In this document: positions 40,280-52,070 of the stretch, piece by piece
Numbering within the stretch: position 1 is the stretch's first letter
Layout: every line of letters starts with the position of its first letter
From: Tubiluchus corallicola
Lineage: Eukaryota; Animalia; Priapulida
Direction: 5' to 3'
DNA length: 64,000 nucleotides
Assembly: GCA_030141605.1 (NCBI GenBank)
Contig: JAQGDQ010000158.1
Location: 410,437-474,436, forward strand
Made by a program: the position numbers and the translations under genes
Notes under the pieces: model-generated
Told to the model about the DNA's origin: nothing
Database searches by the model: none
The model's input: only the letters and a program-made list of their open reading frames with translations

Positions 40280-42061
40280 GACAGATCATTTATCTGGCAT
40301 TATTTAAACCTTTTTGTTAAAGTCTAACATCATCTTACCTGCAAGTGTCTTGAAGAAAAGCAGCGCACTGTCAATCCTTCATCAAAAGTATAATTAACTA
40401 AGTATAATAACTTAGTTAATTTTGTAATATTTTGCGTGAATATTAGATAAGCTACAGAAATTTGAATGAGTTTTAGTAGCGCGCGCTTACGGAAAGCCAC
40501 GATGCGCTTACGAAAAGTCACGAAGTCTCCTAGGTACGTCATAATTTTCAAGTGAATGGCGACTACCACCACTCCCGAAAACTTCTATTCGGAGGCGGTA
40601 TATTTTAAATTTATGTTTTATAGAAATTCTTTTTGCAAAATTCTTTGTTATATTTTTCTAAGTTTAAGTGATAACAGTAAAATAAGCCCAATATACTGAA
40701 TGACTTGTACTTTCCTTTAACACTTTATCTGGAAACTCTCGTCGCGGATCTAAGAGAACCCCAACGCTGATTTGTTACTTTGTTTTAGGTATCTAGTTTT
40801 GCACTTTTTAATTCGTGTTAGCTCGCAAGCGCAGAGGGCTTCAGTCACGAAATTTGTCACGAGTCCTAGGACAGACACCTAGGAAACTTACAGAGGCCTA
40901 TGAAAGTAGACGGTGAACAGTGACAATAGTGACAAGTCGGTGAACAGTGATACAGACAATAGTGTGGTTTTGAGATAGTGAGTTAACCACACTCGACCAG
41001 ATATAATCAGGTGTAAACAAAGTCACGGCATTGCTTGCGTGCATTTGAATTAGAATCCATCCAGCCTTGTTATGAACCACTGATGCAGTTAATGTACCTG
41101 GAGTAAATGATATCGCGAATCTATGATATGTTCTTGTTCACTTCATTTTGTTGCAACTATTTAAACTAATGATTAAATTCCAAGGGCTTGTATGGAATCT
41201 TATATAATCCACGGACTTTTCTATCAGGCGTTACATACATTCGTATGCTCTTAGCTAAGTCACTATTGTGAGATGTTGTACTGTTTGCTGCCGTTTTGTT
41301 GTAACCTGTGCTTTTTCCCGATTTTCTCTTGTGGTTCACAGCAGCAAACAGCCCGTCATCTCGCAATAGCACTGAGTTAGGAACAATGGAGTGTATGTAA
41401 CCCTGACAGAAAGTCCCTGTATTACGTGAGCGCCTCATATAATCCCCTGTATAATAATTACTTAAAGAGTTACAAGAAACTTTACTGTGTTTAATCTGGA
41501 CTCTGTTCTTAACCTGTGATTATGTTCCTTAGTGTGTGGTAGTTTTCTGTGCTTTACAGAAGATGTCTTAATACAATTTTATACATAATAGACATATGAT
41601 ATATATATATACCTATGTGTAAAAAACTTAGTAATTAGAAATTAGCCATTGCTTTTGTTTCTCTTTTTTCTTTTTCACTTGAAGATAGTTGACAGTGATG
41701 GGGTGATCGGTTGCAAAGTCGTGTCTCCTCTTCTTCTAGTGGGATTTTTGTATTAACTTGTATCTATTCTTGCCATTAAGAATTGTTTTGCCAAAACAGG
41801 TAAACTCTTATGACTGCCACACTGAAGTACTAAAATTAAAAAATGTCGCCTATTCATTAATGCCGAATTAACGGAAAACAAAGCCTCTTTACAGCTGTAT
41901 TCGAGGCACATGCTAATGTCACGTGGGAGAAATGGCAAAAATTCTAAAAGAAATTCTAACAAGCAACTTCACCTAATTCTTTGTCTGTCATTGTTTAAGC
42001 TCGTTATAAACATTTCGCAAAAGACGAAGAAAACTAAAATAATTTTTGTGTTTTTTTTCAG

Positions 42062-42286
42062 AGTATCGACAAAAGACCATTCTGTAATCAGTTCACTGGG
42101 TGTAGGATACGATATTCGAAAAGAGAGGACGACGCGGCGGATGACTATGATTCAGCGTACATGGAACTTGCGGAACGACTAGTCAATGAAGCAAAAATGT
42201 GGGAATCACTGATAGATAGAATGAAAGTCGAAAAGCAAAGAAATCTCATGGACCAAGACAAAGCCAATGACGAATTTTTAATAACG
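42062..42286 (+). CDS. CCAP: CCAP-family neuropeptide precursor, coding exon 2 (peptide 1 and associated peptide)
   Basis: ttttttttcag ... ACG|GTATGT, 225 nt, phase 0/0. Encodes SIDKR-PFCNQFTGC-RIRYS-KR-EDDAADDYDSAYMELAERLVNEAKMWESLIDRMKVEKQRNLMDQDKANDEFLIT. 8/9 identity to CCAP PFCNAFTGC, plus an EAKMWE motif resembling the EAKLWE of arthropod CCAP precursors. Confidence 0.93.
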
Positions 42287-43207
42287 GTATGTGTAGCTCA
42301 CACAGGTAACTCTTGCCAACCATATATATTACTGTCAAGATTAAGAACATAGTCCAACAATGTTTTAATCCAGGTTAATCAAATACACCCTTTGGTCATT
42401 GTAATAATCTCTGGGCTCTGTGGGTCGTAGAAAAAGAAACCTGTTTTACATGATTGTAGCTAGTAAATCAAAAGTATTTTACTCAATCAAACTGTGATTT
42501 TCTATAAAATGGCCGTCTCTTTATAAAGGCATCTTCTTTGCTGAGACACAGTCACACAGAGATGTGTTTTATTATTTTATACAGAAATGATTACAAAGTG
42601 ATTAATGATTCAAAGCCAAATACGGGAATTCAATAGTTTTGTAATTCAAAGGCCTTGCTTTAAAATGGCGCTGCTTGCGTGTTTTAAAAGGCATTGGCTT
42701 TGCAATAGTTATTGCCTCCGCGATTCAGAAAATGCAATGGTGCTTTTTCTTATATTATGTGCATTTTAAAAAAAATTATCAATTACAGTTCATCATCCGA
42801 TTGACCTGTTCAACACAGTTTGACAGAAGAGCAAAAACTAACATGAGCAATTATCAGAAAAACCAATAGATCTATAATCGTTAATCGTTTTTATCAAAGC
42901 GATCTAAATTTACAACGAATATGCAACAACGCCTTTAGGTCCTTTAAAATCAAATTTATATCGCATTAACAAAAAATCCAGAAATGGTGATATCGTTTTG
43001 CCATCTGGGATCAGAAGCATAGTGGCTCAACTGTATAGCAAAATCATAACGTTAGCACTCGACTAGCATTTGTTCAACCGTTGCTGTTAACAAGCTCTGT
43101 GCTTCACAGTTCAGATTCAGAATAGGTAATAAAATGCAGGAGAGCAATGGTGGTTTTACGAATAAAATTCGTTAAATCCGGTTTTGGAGTGTGCCATATT
43201 TAGTTTT

Positions 43208-43325
43208 GCTACGGCCAATTCGCGTTAAAAACACCGGTTCTCGTCTGATCACCGAAGTTAAGCAACGTAGAGCCTGGTTAGTGCTTGGATGGGTGACCGC
43301 CTAGCAATACCAGGTGTTGTATGCT
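43208..43325 (+). pseudogene. 5S rRNA-like sequence forming the SINE head; probably not a functional 5S gene
   Basis: Matches eukaryotic 5S along its length (CACCGGTTCTCGTCTGATCACCGAAGTTAAGCA...GGTTAGTGCTTGGATGGGTGACCGCC). Lacks a T-run Pol III terminator and reads through into the SINE body. Confidence 0.8.
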
Positions 43326-43685
43326 TGCGGGATGCCCACACTGTATCTCGACACTAGGCGGAGGAGCTGTACAAGCAGCCAACGGCTAGAGGGCGGAGGA
43401 GATCAAGTGACCCAACGGCCATGTGTAGAGGCGTAAACCTTCCAAATCAGGAGTGGCGCCCCGAAGGCGGAACAGTGCAGCAGCTCCTGCAGCCAACCTG
43501 GTGCCAAACGTATCGTTCGCTTTCCTTTGGACTACACCAGGGAGGAAGAGAGGGTGTTCCTGCGGTTTTTGACAACTCAGGGTCTCCACTCATCTTGCCC
43601 AGGCGTGCGCGCTGGAGACGTTCAAGGATCGGATTCCCTGGCGCACATTCCATTGTCTTCCGAGACAGAAGTATGCCAACAAAAA
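43208..43685 (+). mobile_element. Full-length 5S rRNA-derived SINE (SINE3 type)
   Basis: 5S-like head, about 360-bp GC-rich body, short A-rich tail, flanked by a 12-bp TSD with one mismatch (ATATTTAGTTTT 43196-43207 and ATATCTAGTTTT 43686-43697). Confidence 0.82.
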
Positions 43686-43699
43686 ATATCTAGTTTTAG

Positions 43700-44750
43700 C
43701 GAAATATAATAAAATATTTTAGAACTTGTATGAGAAAAATTTTACGTCACTAACTGGCAGTATTTTTATGTGTTTAAAAAGGGAACAAGGTGATGCAGTT
43801 GTTTAAAATTTGTTTTTAAAAGTTTGTATTTTTTATTATTCTACACGCAATCATTTTTCTGCGGGAGCTCCATTGTAAGAAAACACAAAAACATTTTGTT
43901 TATTTGTTTAGTTACAGAGCAGGCAGTTGAAAGATATAGAATCCTTTGTTTCGTGGGACGGGAGTTGGTTTTGTTTTGGATTTAGAGATAATTTGTTCGT
44001 TTTAATTGTAACTTGGCGGAAATTATTAGTAATGTACAATTTGGGTTGCAGGAAGTACTTTAATATTCACAACTGCTGTGACGTTGGCGAATTGCGTAAT
44101 TTGCAAATTATCTTTCACGTAGCAAAGTCAATTAAATAAAAGGAGCCTCAAAATAAAGCCCTAAGGGACACCGCATTTAACTACCTCTCGATCTTAGACG
44201 TGCTCTAAAGCCCGTTACTGCTTCCATCTCAGCCTTTGCAGCATGAATTCACAGATAACCTCATTTTCTGGCTCTGATTTAGTGGGCGAATTTTCCTGGC
44301 AATCTTATTTACAATCGATTATTTTCCTTCTGCAACAAGCCAAAAGCAAAATAGCTTTTCAAAACTCGGATCGAAACTGGGAGCTCGTTGACGTTTAATT
44401 CCAAATGACATTAAGGTCGCTGATAATGTCAGGTCTATTGTAAGGAAATTCAATTCTGTATCAAAAGGTGATCCAAAGTCTCGTAATGTATGGGCCTTTA
44501 ATGCAGAACGACAAGAAAAAAAATTAACTTGAAAGCAGGGTATGGAAACGAGTTGGGAAATGGAAATACATTCAGAGTGATAAAAATCTGTAGGAAAATT
44601 GGGAATTTTTGCTATTACTGCATAAAGCCATCTACAGTAATTCCAACATCATGGAGAGCAAATGTTCGTTTCTTACTGTATTTGGCTTCTGTGAGGATTA
44701 AGATTAAAGGAAAATCTGGCGATTGACTAGACTCAATCTGACTTTAATTT
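43700..44750 (-). mobile_element. Decayed LINE RT remnant in CCAP intron 2
   Basis: Minus strand reads VKCGVP*GFILRLLLF (decayed GVPQGSILGPLLF) near 44140-44185 and NKLSLNPK near 43970-44000. Boundaries approximate. Confidence 0.65.
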
Positions 44751-46964
44751 ACTGTCCAAAAAATACATTTTCTTGCCTATAAAACTTAGCAGTTGTTCTA
44801 ATTAACGGCAACCGAGCACAGCTACCGTTTACGTCACAAGCTAACCACAACTTGTGCAATGGTAGGCATCTTCCTTGCGCATTAAACACGTTTGCGTAAG
44901 CGAAGATTGCTATAAGACGCGGAGGCTTCATAAGGCCCGAGTATGACAAAAAGGCGCCACTGCCAATCATAGTGGATTCGCTGAATTGCGCGTAGCTTTG
45001 ACGGTTTAACAAAATTTAACTATCTGAGGTAACTATTATTCAATCCAAACTTTGACTTAAAAAAGCTGTTATAGATTTCAATATTTTAGAGCATACTTTA
45101 CTTTAATTAATGTCAACGCAATTGTCAGTTTTTCTTTAATAAAAATATAATCTCCGTGCCCTCGCGAAATTGTAGGCTTAGGCCTACTCTATGAGATTAC
45201 CGTTTCTGTCATTTGAGTTGTTTTAATGATTTGACCTATTTTTGGTTTTCAAGTCCAGGAATGACCACCGCTTGTTATTCTAAAATAAATGGACACTATC
45301 TGGCATTTTGTTGTTTATCCTTTGGGTGCACAATAGTGCAAAGCCTGTTTATTTAGCCTTCATGTTTGATGCCGACGTTAATATCCAAATCGGTCGTCGT
45401 TGGTCACTTTTGATATCATCTTCTAAGTGGTTTGTCTTACAGTGGTACACAGTAAATTTTTCTTGGATACTTCGATATTTATATCTTGATTTAACACTGC
45501 TTTTCATTCAAGGGCTTCCAAATATTGTAAGCGTAAAATACTAGTATAACCTACCATGGGCACCTCTCCCTCGTAGCACTCGTATGTATAATTGCGACTT
45601 ATTGTGTTCTTTCTTGTTTCGTTGCATTGCGACACTGATGTTCAGCAATCAGCAGTGTTTTACAGTGACAACTCTCTTTGCGAGCATCTCGTACTTCGAG
45701 AGTATTGTCATGAGTTTGGGTTAACACTTACAATGATAGCCTAGGTAGATTAGCTAAAATACGAAAAAGACTCATTAGATTAATAGCGCACTCCCTTTAT
45801 AGAACGCATACTAATGCTCTTGAATTTACTGAAAATTATTGACATTAATAAACTTAAAAATGCCTGTTTTATGTACAATTTCTAGAACAATTTATCACCA
45901 AATATTTTTCAACGATTTTTTTTATTATAATAAAAATATTCATGAGTATAAAGCTAGACAAGCGAAAAACATAAATGCTGCCAAGTCTAAAACAAATGTT
46001 TTGAAACATTTTGTCAAATATGACGGTGACATAGAATGGAATATTCCTTATGCCATAAAAAATGTTAGAAATCTGCAACACATGAAAGTCAAAATGAATA
46101 TGTTTTTACTTAGCTTCTATTAAATTATTATTTTACATTGAACATAATATTGTATTGTACTTGTCATATTTTTTATATTTTTCATTTTTCATTTTAGTTT
46201 TGTATTAGTACTTGTACATGATGTTTTTAGTTAGGTCGCAATTTACTATTTTTATTGGTCAACTAGCAAAAGATAAATATGTATCCTTATTCATTGAAAT
46301 ATAAACAGGTGAACAAGTCAGGGGACTTCAATACCACCATGTCAAAAATATCTAAGCTAGAAACTTGAATTTTTCTAACATTTTGCCACACACTTCATTT
46401 CTGTTGTACTTGTAAATAATAATAATTTTGTTTCACTTTTGCATATTTTATATGGCAATAAATGTAAAGAACACGTCTTATTTAGAAGATTACTACGTAC
46501 CCAAATTAAGACGCCTACCGTAGGCTATTATGGCCTTGAAAGTGAAAAGTAGGCAATATCATAAAAACGACGTCAAATATCAGTTCCTTGACCAAAAAGG
46601 TTGTAGAAGTCATATACTGTACACCAGTGTAAGCCAATTACACTGAGAAGATAATTTCCTAATGGTTGATGGCAGCCATTTTGGATACTGGGCTCTCAGA
46701 AAGTTAGGCCAAATGAGGTGTTTCAGGGACGTCCATAGTTTTACGTTTCTTCAATATTGTTTGTCTAACTGGCTTAGTTGTCTGCCATTCAAACTACACT
46801 AGAATTAGAGTCATAAGTACTGTTTATGATTTGGTCGTGTTTGTAACAGAACTAACAAGTTTCACACCTGTGACGATCTAGAAAAAGCAACTAGTCCACA
46901 CTACGTTGTGAGTCCCAGATTTGCACGTGATTGTTTTGTTGTTAAGTGTTGTCTCTTTTTTCAG

Positions 46965-47042
46965 AAACGACCATTCTGCAATTTACACACAGGATGCAGC
47001 TTACAGCGACGGAAAAGATGGACAACATCTTATGTTGTTTAG
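46965..47042 (+). CDS. CCAP: CCAP-family neuropeptide precursor, coding exon 3 (peptide 2 and stop)
   Basis: Acceptor ctcttttttcag, phase 0. Encodes KR-PFCNLHTGC-SLQ-RRKR-WTTSYVV then TAG; 7/9 identity to PFCNAFTGC. AATAAA at 47182-47187. Confidence 0.88.
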   Translation, partial: KRPFCNLHTGCSLQRRKRWTTSYVV

Positions 47043-48199
47043 ATCACTACGGAATATAAAACAGGTACAGAGAACTAATTGATACGTCGATCATAGAACA
47101 ATGCTTGTCTTATGTACCGATTGTGATCCGTATTACCAAAATTAACGGCTAACCTCGGTAACATAAAAGCGATTTTTTTTAAATAAAAAGACAAATCAAA
47201 AGAAGGAAATGGCTCAACGTTTTGAACTACTAACTTCAGGTCAACAGAAAAACAACAAACAAAGAAAAATCACGTCGATTTAGTAAAAATAAGAGTTTTT
47301 TTTTGTTATAACATGAACACGTTAAAAGGATATCACATTAAAAATGAACAAGCAAGTAGAACAACATTAGCATAGTAAATAGCAGCAATTTTGACCAGCA
47401 GCCACCGGCATGCCGAAATGCAACCCATCGGGAGAACCCTAGTTCTGTATCTGTGAGTTAACAGAGAGGACAGAGTCTCTCTCCATCAAATTTTAGGAGA
47501 TTCTTTTCACGGCGTTTGTTGACAATTGAACAATGAATTTTTCAAGCCATAATGAATCTGATAGCGAATTATAAGTTTTGCCTGGTCATACGTCAGTAAT
47601 GCTGCACGGTGGTCCAAATTTGTAACTCATTTCCACTTCTGCTCAACACGTGTAGCTGATTATATATACTACACACCCACACAGCTATTTTTGCTCAGTT
47701 TTTAAAACTTGAAAATGAAACTCTAATTTGGCTAAGTATTTCTAGACGTGATTAAAAGAGCGCCGACGAGTAATACGATTAGCAAAACAGGAAGTAAAAA
47801 CGCCCAATACCAGATGAAGCGGATTAAAACCAATCTCTGTCATGTTTAACTTATTCAATTAATTTAAAAGCAGTAACTTGATTTAAAACGCGATGCAGGC
47901 GACGTTTAACAGACCAGGATACCTGACCAACCAGTTTAACAAACAGCGAAATACCTGAAAATGATATTATGCACTGTCAAGCTTAGCTGATTTTCAAGGA
48001 AGCCATGCAAACTACCTTAGCTAGCAGCTGTAAAGCATTTGTACTCCGTATGTCCATTAAATCTTACTACGCGTTTAGTGAATTCTCGGGTTTATGTCCC
48101 TTTTAACAAAGATGAAAGCAGGTGTAAACAAAACCTGACGTAACGAAGAGTCGTCAATAACGATAAGTGTCTATTTTTGGTAATACTCTTCTCTTCTCT

Positions 48200-49270
48200 T
48201 TTCTCTCTCTGTGCCTTGTCTGCCTCTCATAACGCAAAACATGATCTGTACCAACTGGTCCACATAATTGTACTATGATATGAAGAGTAAACAGACAGCT
48301 TATTAGTTATATCATTGGGCAGTTCTGCCAGCCCATATATGAATGAACCTGATATCTTTCTTGTAATGACGTTATAGTTAGGAATATCAAAATATACAAA
48401 TTTTTCATTTATGCCACATTTTCCCAAAAAGTTGAAATGTCTACGAAATGCGCTATTGTGAGCCACGTTTAAGAAAGTGTAGTTGTAATGGAAAAGTCAC
48501 ACCGTAGGGCAGATGTGTAAAATTGACACACATACGAGTTGAATATCATTATTTGCGTATATACACAACATTTAGAGACCCTTTAACTGTTCATTCATAG
48601 CTTCATCATCACGTAAATCCAAAGTTAATATATAACCTAAATAATCATAAGAATGACAATATCTAATAAGAGAATCATTAAGCCAAAATTCAGGGTTTGC
48701 AAAATTTACCGTTTATAAGGATGTGTTTGGTCGTGGTTGCACTAAATATGATATCATGAGAATTAGCAAAGTTCGCACAACAGTCGATTAGTAATTGCAA
48801 AGCAGCACCACTAGTACCACGTTATTGACATAAAAATAAATGATTTATACTGATATTATCAATCTCACAGGCAAGACCTAAATACTTCAACATAGAACTG
48901 AGGTCGGCTACAAACTACATACACACTAAATAGGCAGGGGGACAAAACGTCACCCTGCCTAATACCGTTTATTATATTAAAAATTTCTGACAGTTTATTA
49001 CCCCAAGACACCTGAACAGTTTGGTTTCGATACCAACTTCGTAGAAAACGTAACAGCAAACGTGGCATTACACGCTGCACGGGTTTGCTGAAGAGTGTAC
49101 TGTGGTGGACCCTGTCAAATGCCTTGCTGGCTTTAACAAACAAAGGTAGACAGTCCGCCACTATCAGAGTAACAGAACACATTGCTATGCATTAGAGATT
49201 GCTTGAATAGTATAACGTTTTTGCTTGAATCCAAACTGAGCAGATGAAGTACTGAGTAAATGAGCAGATT
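48200..49270 (-). mobile_element. LINE RT remnant
   Basis: SAQFGFKQK, ASKAFDRVHHSTLFSK and NGIRQGDVLSPCLFSVYV motifs; frameshifted. Confidence 0.88.
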
Positions 49271-51293
49271 TTATTAAAATGTGAAATTGCATTGACTAAA
49301 CACAAAATTCGAACATATGACATCCCCAGACAAAATAAATGCGCTTAAAGACTAATTTTAGAAAAAAACTATTTTTGTAGTACGTAAATTGAGAACGCAG
49401 CTTTGTAATAATAATTACTGTCATTGTGACTAGCAATTTTTATGGCATTTTGCCACATAACACGAGTTTATTAAATCATTTTCTTAAGATATATTCTAAT
49501 ACACATAACAAAGCACGGTCTTACTTGATACGTAAGGTGCAAGGCTGATTTTATCCATGTGTAAAGTGTAAAGGCATAAAGTTCAATGTTCAACCGTTAA
49601 CAAACGCACAAAAGAGAGTCCCCTAAAATTTTCAAGACATTTGTGAAGATTCATTAACTAGCAAAAAGCAATTAAATATAGATAATAAATGTTAGATATT
49701 TGTGGCAAAATTGAAGATGAAGATTCCTAGTTTTCCTATTCATTGCTGGCACTATTCATGCAATTATTTACGCAATTTATGCAATAATTTAATTTCCAGA
49801 TAGCGCACTACAACCAATATTTAACACACCTCATAATTTCTAAAGCCATTCAGCACAAGTTCTCGGAGTTTCATTAAATTTTCAGCTTCCTCGGACGAGT
49901 GTTTTTAGGTAAAAATATCCGCTGAAATCGCCTTTTCGCCATCATTAATTTTTATCAGTTAAAGCATTAGACAGCATTATATGCGCTGAAGTGGAATCAA
50001 TGCAACTTTCACACCTGTGTATCATTTTACTTATAAGTTGTAGTCTTTTCTAGTCCTCACGTCTGTGAGACTAATCTCTTTTTCGACACGTAGGCATTAA
50101 GTATCGATATAATACCCAATATTTTTACGCTTTGTTTCCGTAAGTTTCAAGGCTGTCTGTTTACAAGATGTCCTGTGGTCACGATAAACAGAGTAAAAAA
50201 GTGCTTTAACGCTACCTTTATTTATCTGCAGTGTGGTTACCTCAAGTCGTGGTTACTCACCTGTAAATAATCAGTTATTATATCTCAAATTAACTATTTC
50301 ATATTAGAAAGTATAATCTAAAATACAAAAGGAATAATTTACGCAGCGGTTTCAGACTTTGAAAAGTTCAATCCAAATACAAAACTGCTGTGTTGTAGCG
50401 TAATCGCTTCTGAGCTGCCGTCAAATTTTCAGTGTGAAATCTTAATAAACAAAGCACTATTAGTAGGAGAATCAATTGGTTTTTCAGTTGGTTAGTACTA
50501 GTACGGCAACCAAAGGAAACCAGATTGGCCAATCAGATTGCAAACTTGGGCAAAAATTTGTATAAGAATGGTTGAACTATTGATCACCAGACAACGAAGT
50601 TGCATTTGCATAGAGAGAGAGGGGAACTACTTTTTAGAAGTCTGGAAAAGAGTTTTGACTGTTGGTTTTTTGATGAATCTCGTGTTCGAAATAATTTACT
50701 TTTGATTTACCTACACCCGCACTCACGCCCAAGCGTTGTGAATTCGAATTAGTCACTGGTTGTTATAAGATAAGCAACTAGGTACATACCGTACTTTCAG
50801 TATTACGTAATATACTTGTTTACGTTCTCTGCTGTGTCATATCACTCACGAGTTAGTAATTAGTGAACAATAGGCCTTCAAACAACATGTGTTTACCAAT
50901 ACCAGTCTGATGAAAACGTATCTCTGTAATGTGGTGTATTGGTAGCCGTCTTGGTGAAGTTATGAAGCTATTGAAACACAGACATTTTGTGTCATTGTTA
51001 GTGGAACATTATATCTAGTGTAGGAAGTTATTGGATTGGAGTAATATCGTATACGGGAGGGGGACGCTGGTGGAAAATAGATCAACTCGTCCGCATGGTA
51101 CCTGTACGATTTAGAGATAAGCTTGTATCTTTTCATGTTAATTTTCTATAGTGAGTGAACAAATTAGAGTTATGTATTGTTTGGCTATAATTCTGTGTTA
51201 CTGTTTGAGTTGTTGTGGTTATTTTATATTATGTTACGTGATTGTTTGAGGTGATAGCACGTAATATGAAGCTACAGTGAGAATCGCTGGGCT

Positions 51294-51677
51294 TGTGAAA
51301 GATATTTGTGAAGACGAAATTGAACACTGGTATAAACAACTAAACACAAGATTAAATATTTGCACAAACTAAAACACTTTTATTGCACTACATAGTTATA
51401 TGTAACATGACTGCTACACTGAGGACCAGCGTGTCCTGCAGTGATCACGAATGAGTAGACAGTGGCTAGAAGTGGAATCTAGCCAGTTTATATATGTAAA
51501 GAACTATGCAAAAACATGGCTTCACGTATCCCATTTACAGAAAAATAGGGGAGATACAGTGAGTTTGAATATTCATTGGAACATACAATTGCATTAAGGG
51601 GTGAATTCAACTAGTAAATGTTTAAAGTAACGAATCAATAGATGGCAGCACCTAAATATACAGTTACAACTTTCACA
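51294..51677 (-). mobile_element. Solo LTR (384 bp)
   Basis: Ends TGTGAAAG...CTTTCACA form an 8-bp perfect inverted repeat. Identical 5-bp flanks GGGCT (51289-51293 and 51678-51682). Minus-strand TATA-like box near 51490, followed by AATAAA near 51380. Confidence 0.8.
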
Positions 51678-51852
51678 GGGCTTGTATAGGCAAATAAAAG
51701 AGAAAAAGCAAGTATACAGGCTAAAGAAGAATTAGGTCTATTAGTACAATGCCCTAAAAGTAGCAACGAGTGGATTTAGTAAACTTTACTACTAGCTTAG
51801 TAATGCTATTCAGTAATATATAAAGTTTATCGCAGCTTTCATCAATACTCAT

Positions 51853-52070
51853 TAAAGTGGCGTTTATGTAGCATGCGGATGCGGGTACGTTGTCCACGGC
51901 TAAGAGTGCGGAAGAGCCTGCGGAAAATAATCATTAGAAAATAGCCGCAGAAAAGAATAACGCATACGCAGGCTGCACAAACGGGTGCATTGAAAACAAT
52001 ATAAACCGATTTTATCTATTCCGCAACCCCATCCGCATCCGCATCCGATAACTACATAAACGCCACTTTA
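51853..52070. mobile_element. Tourist-like (PIF/Harbinger) MITE
   Basis: Perfect 19-bp inverted ends TAAAGTGGCGTTTATGTAG / CTACATAAACGCCACTTTA including TAA/TTA termini; subterminal GCGGAT/ATCCGC repeats. Confidence 0.85.

Noticed and set aside
43208-43325. Functional 5S rRNA gene
   Set aside because: Not in a tandem array, no oligo-T terminator, substitutions in stems, and it continues into a TSD-flanked SINE body.
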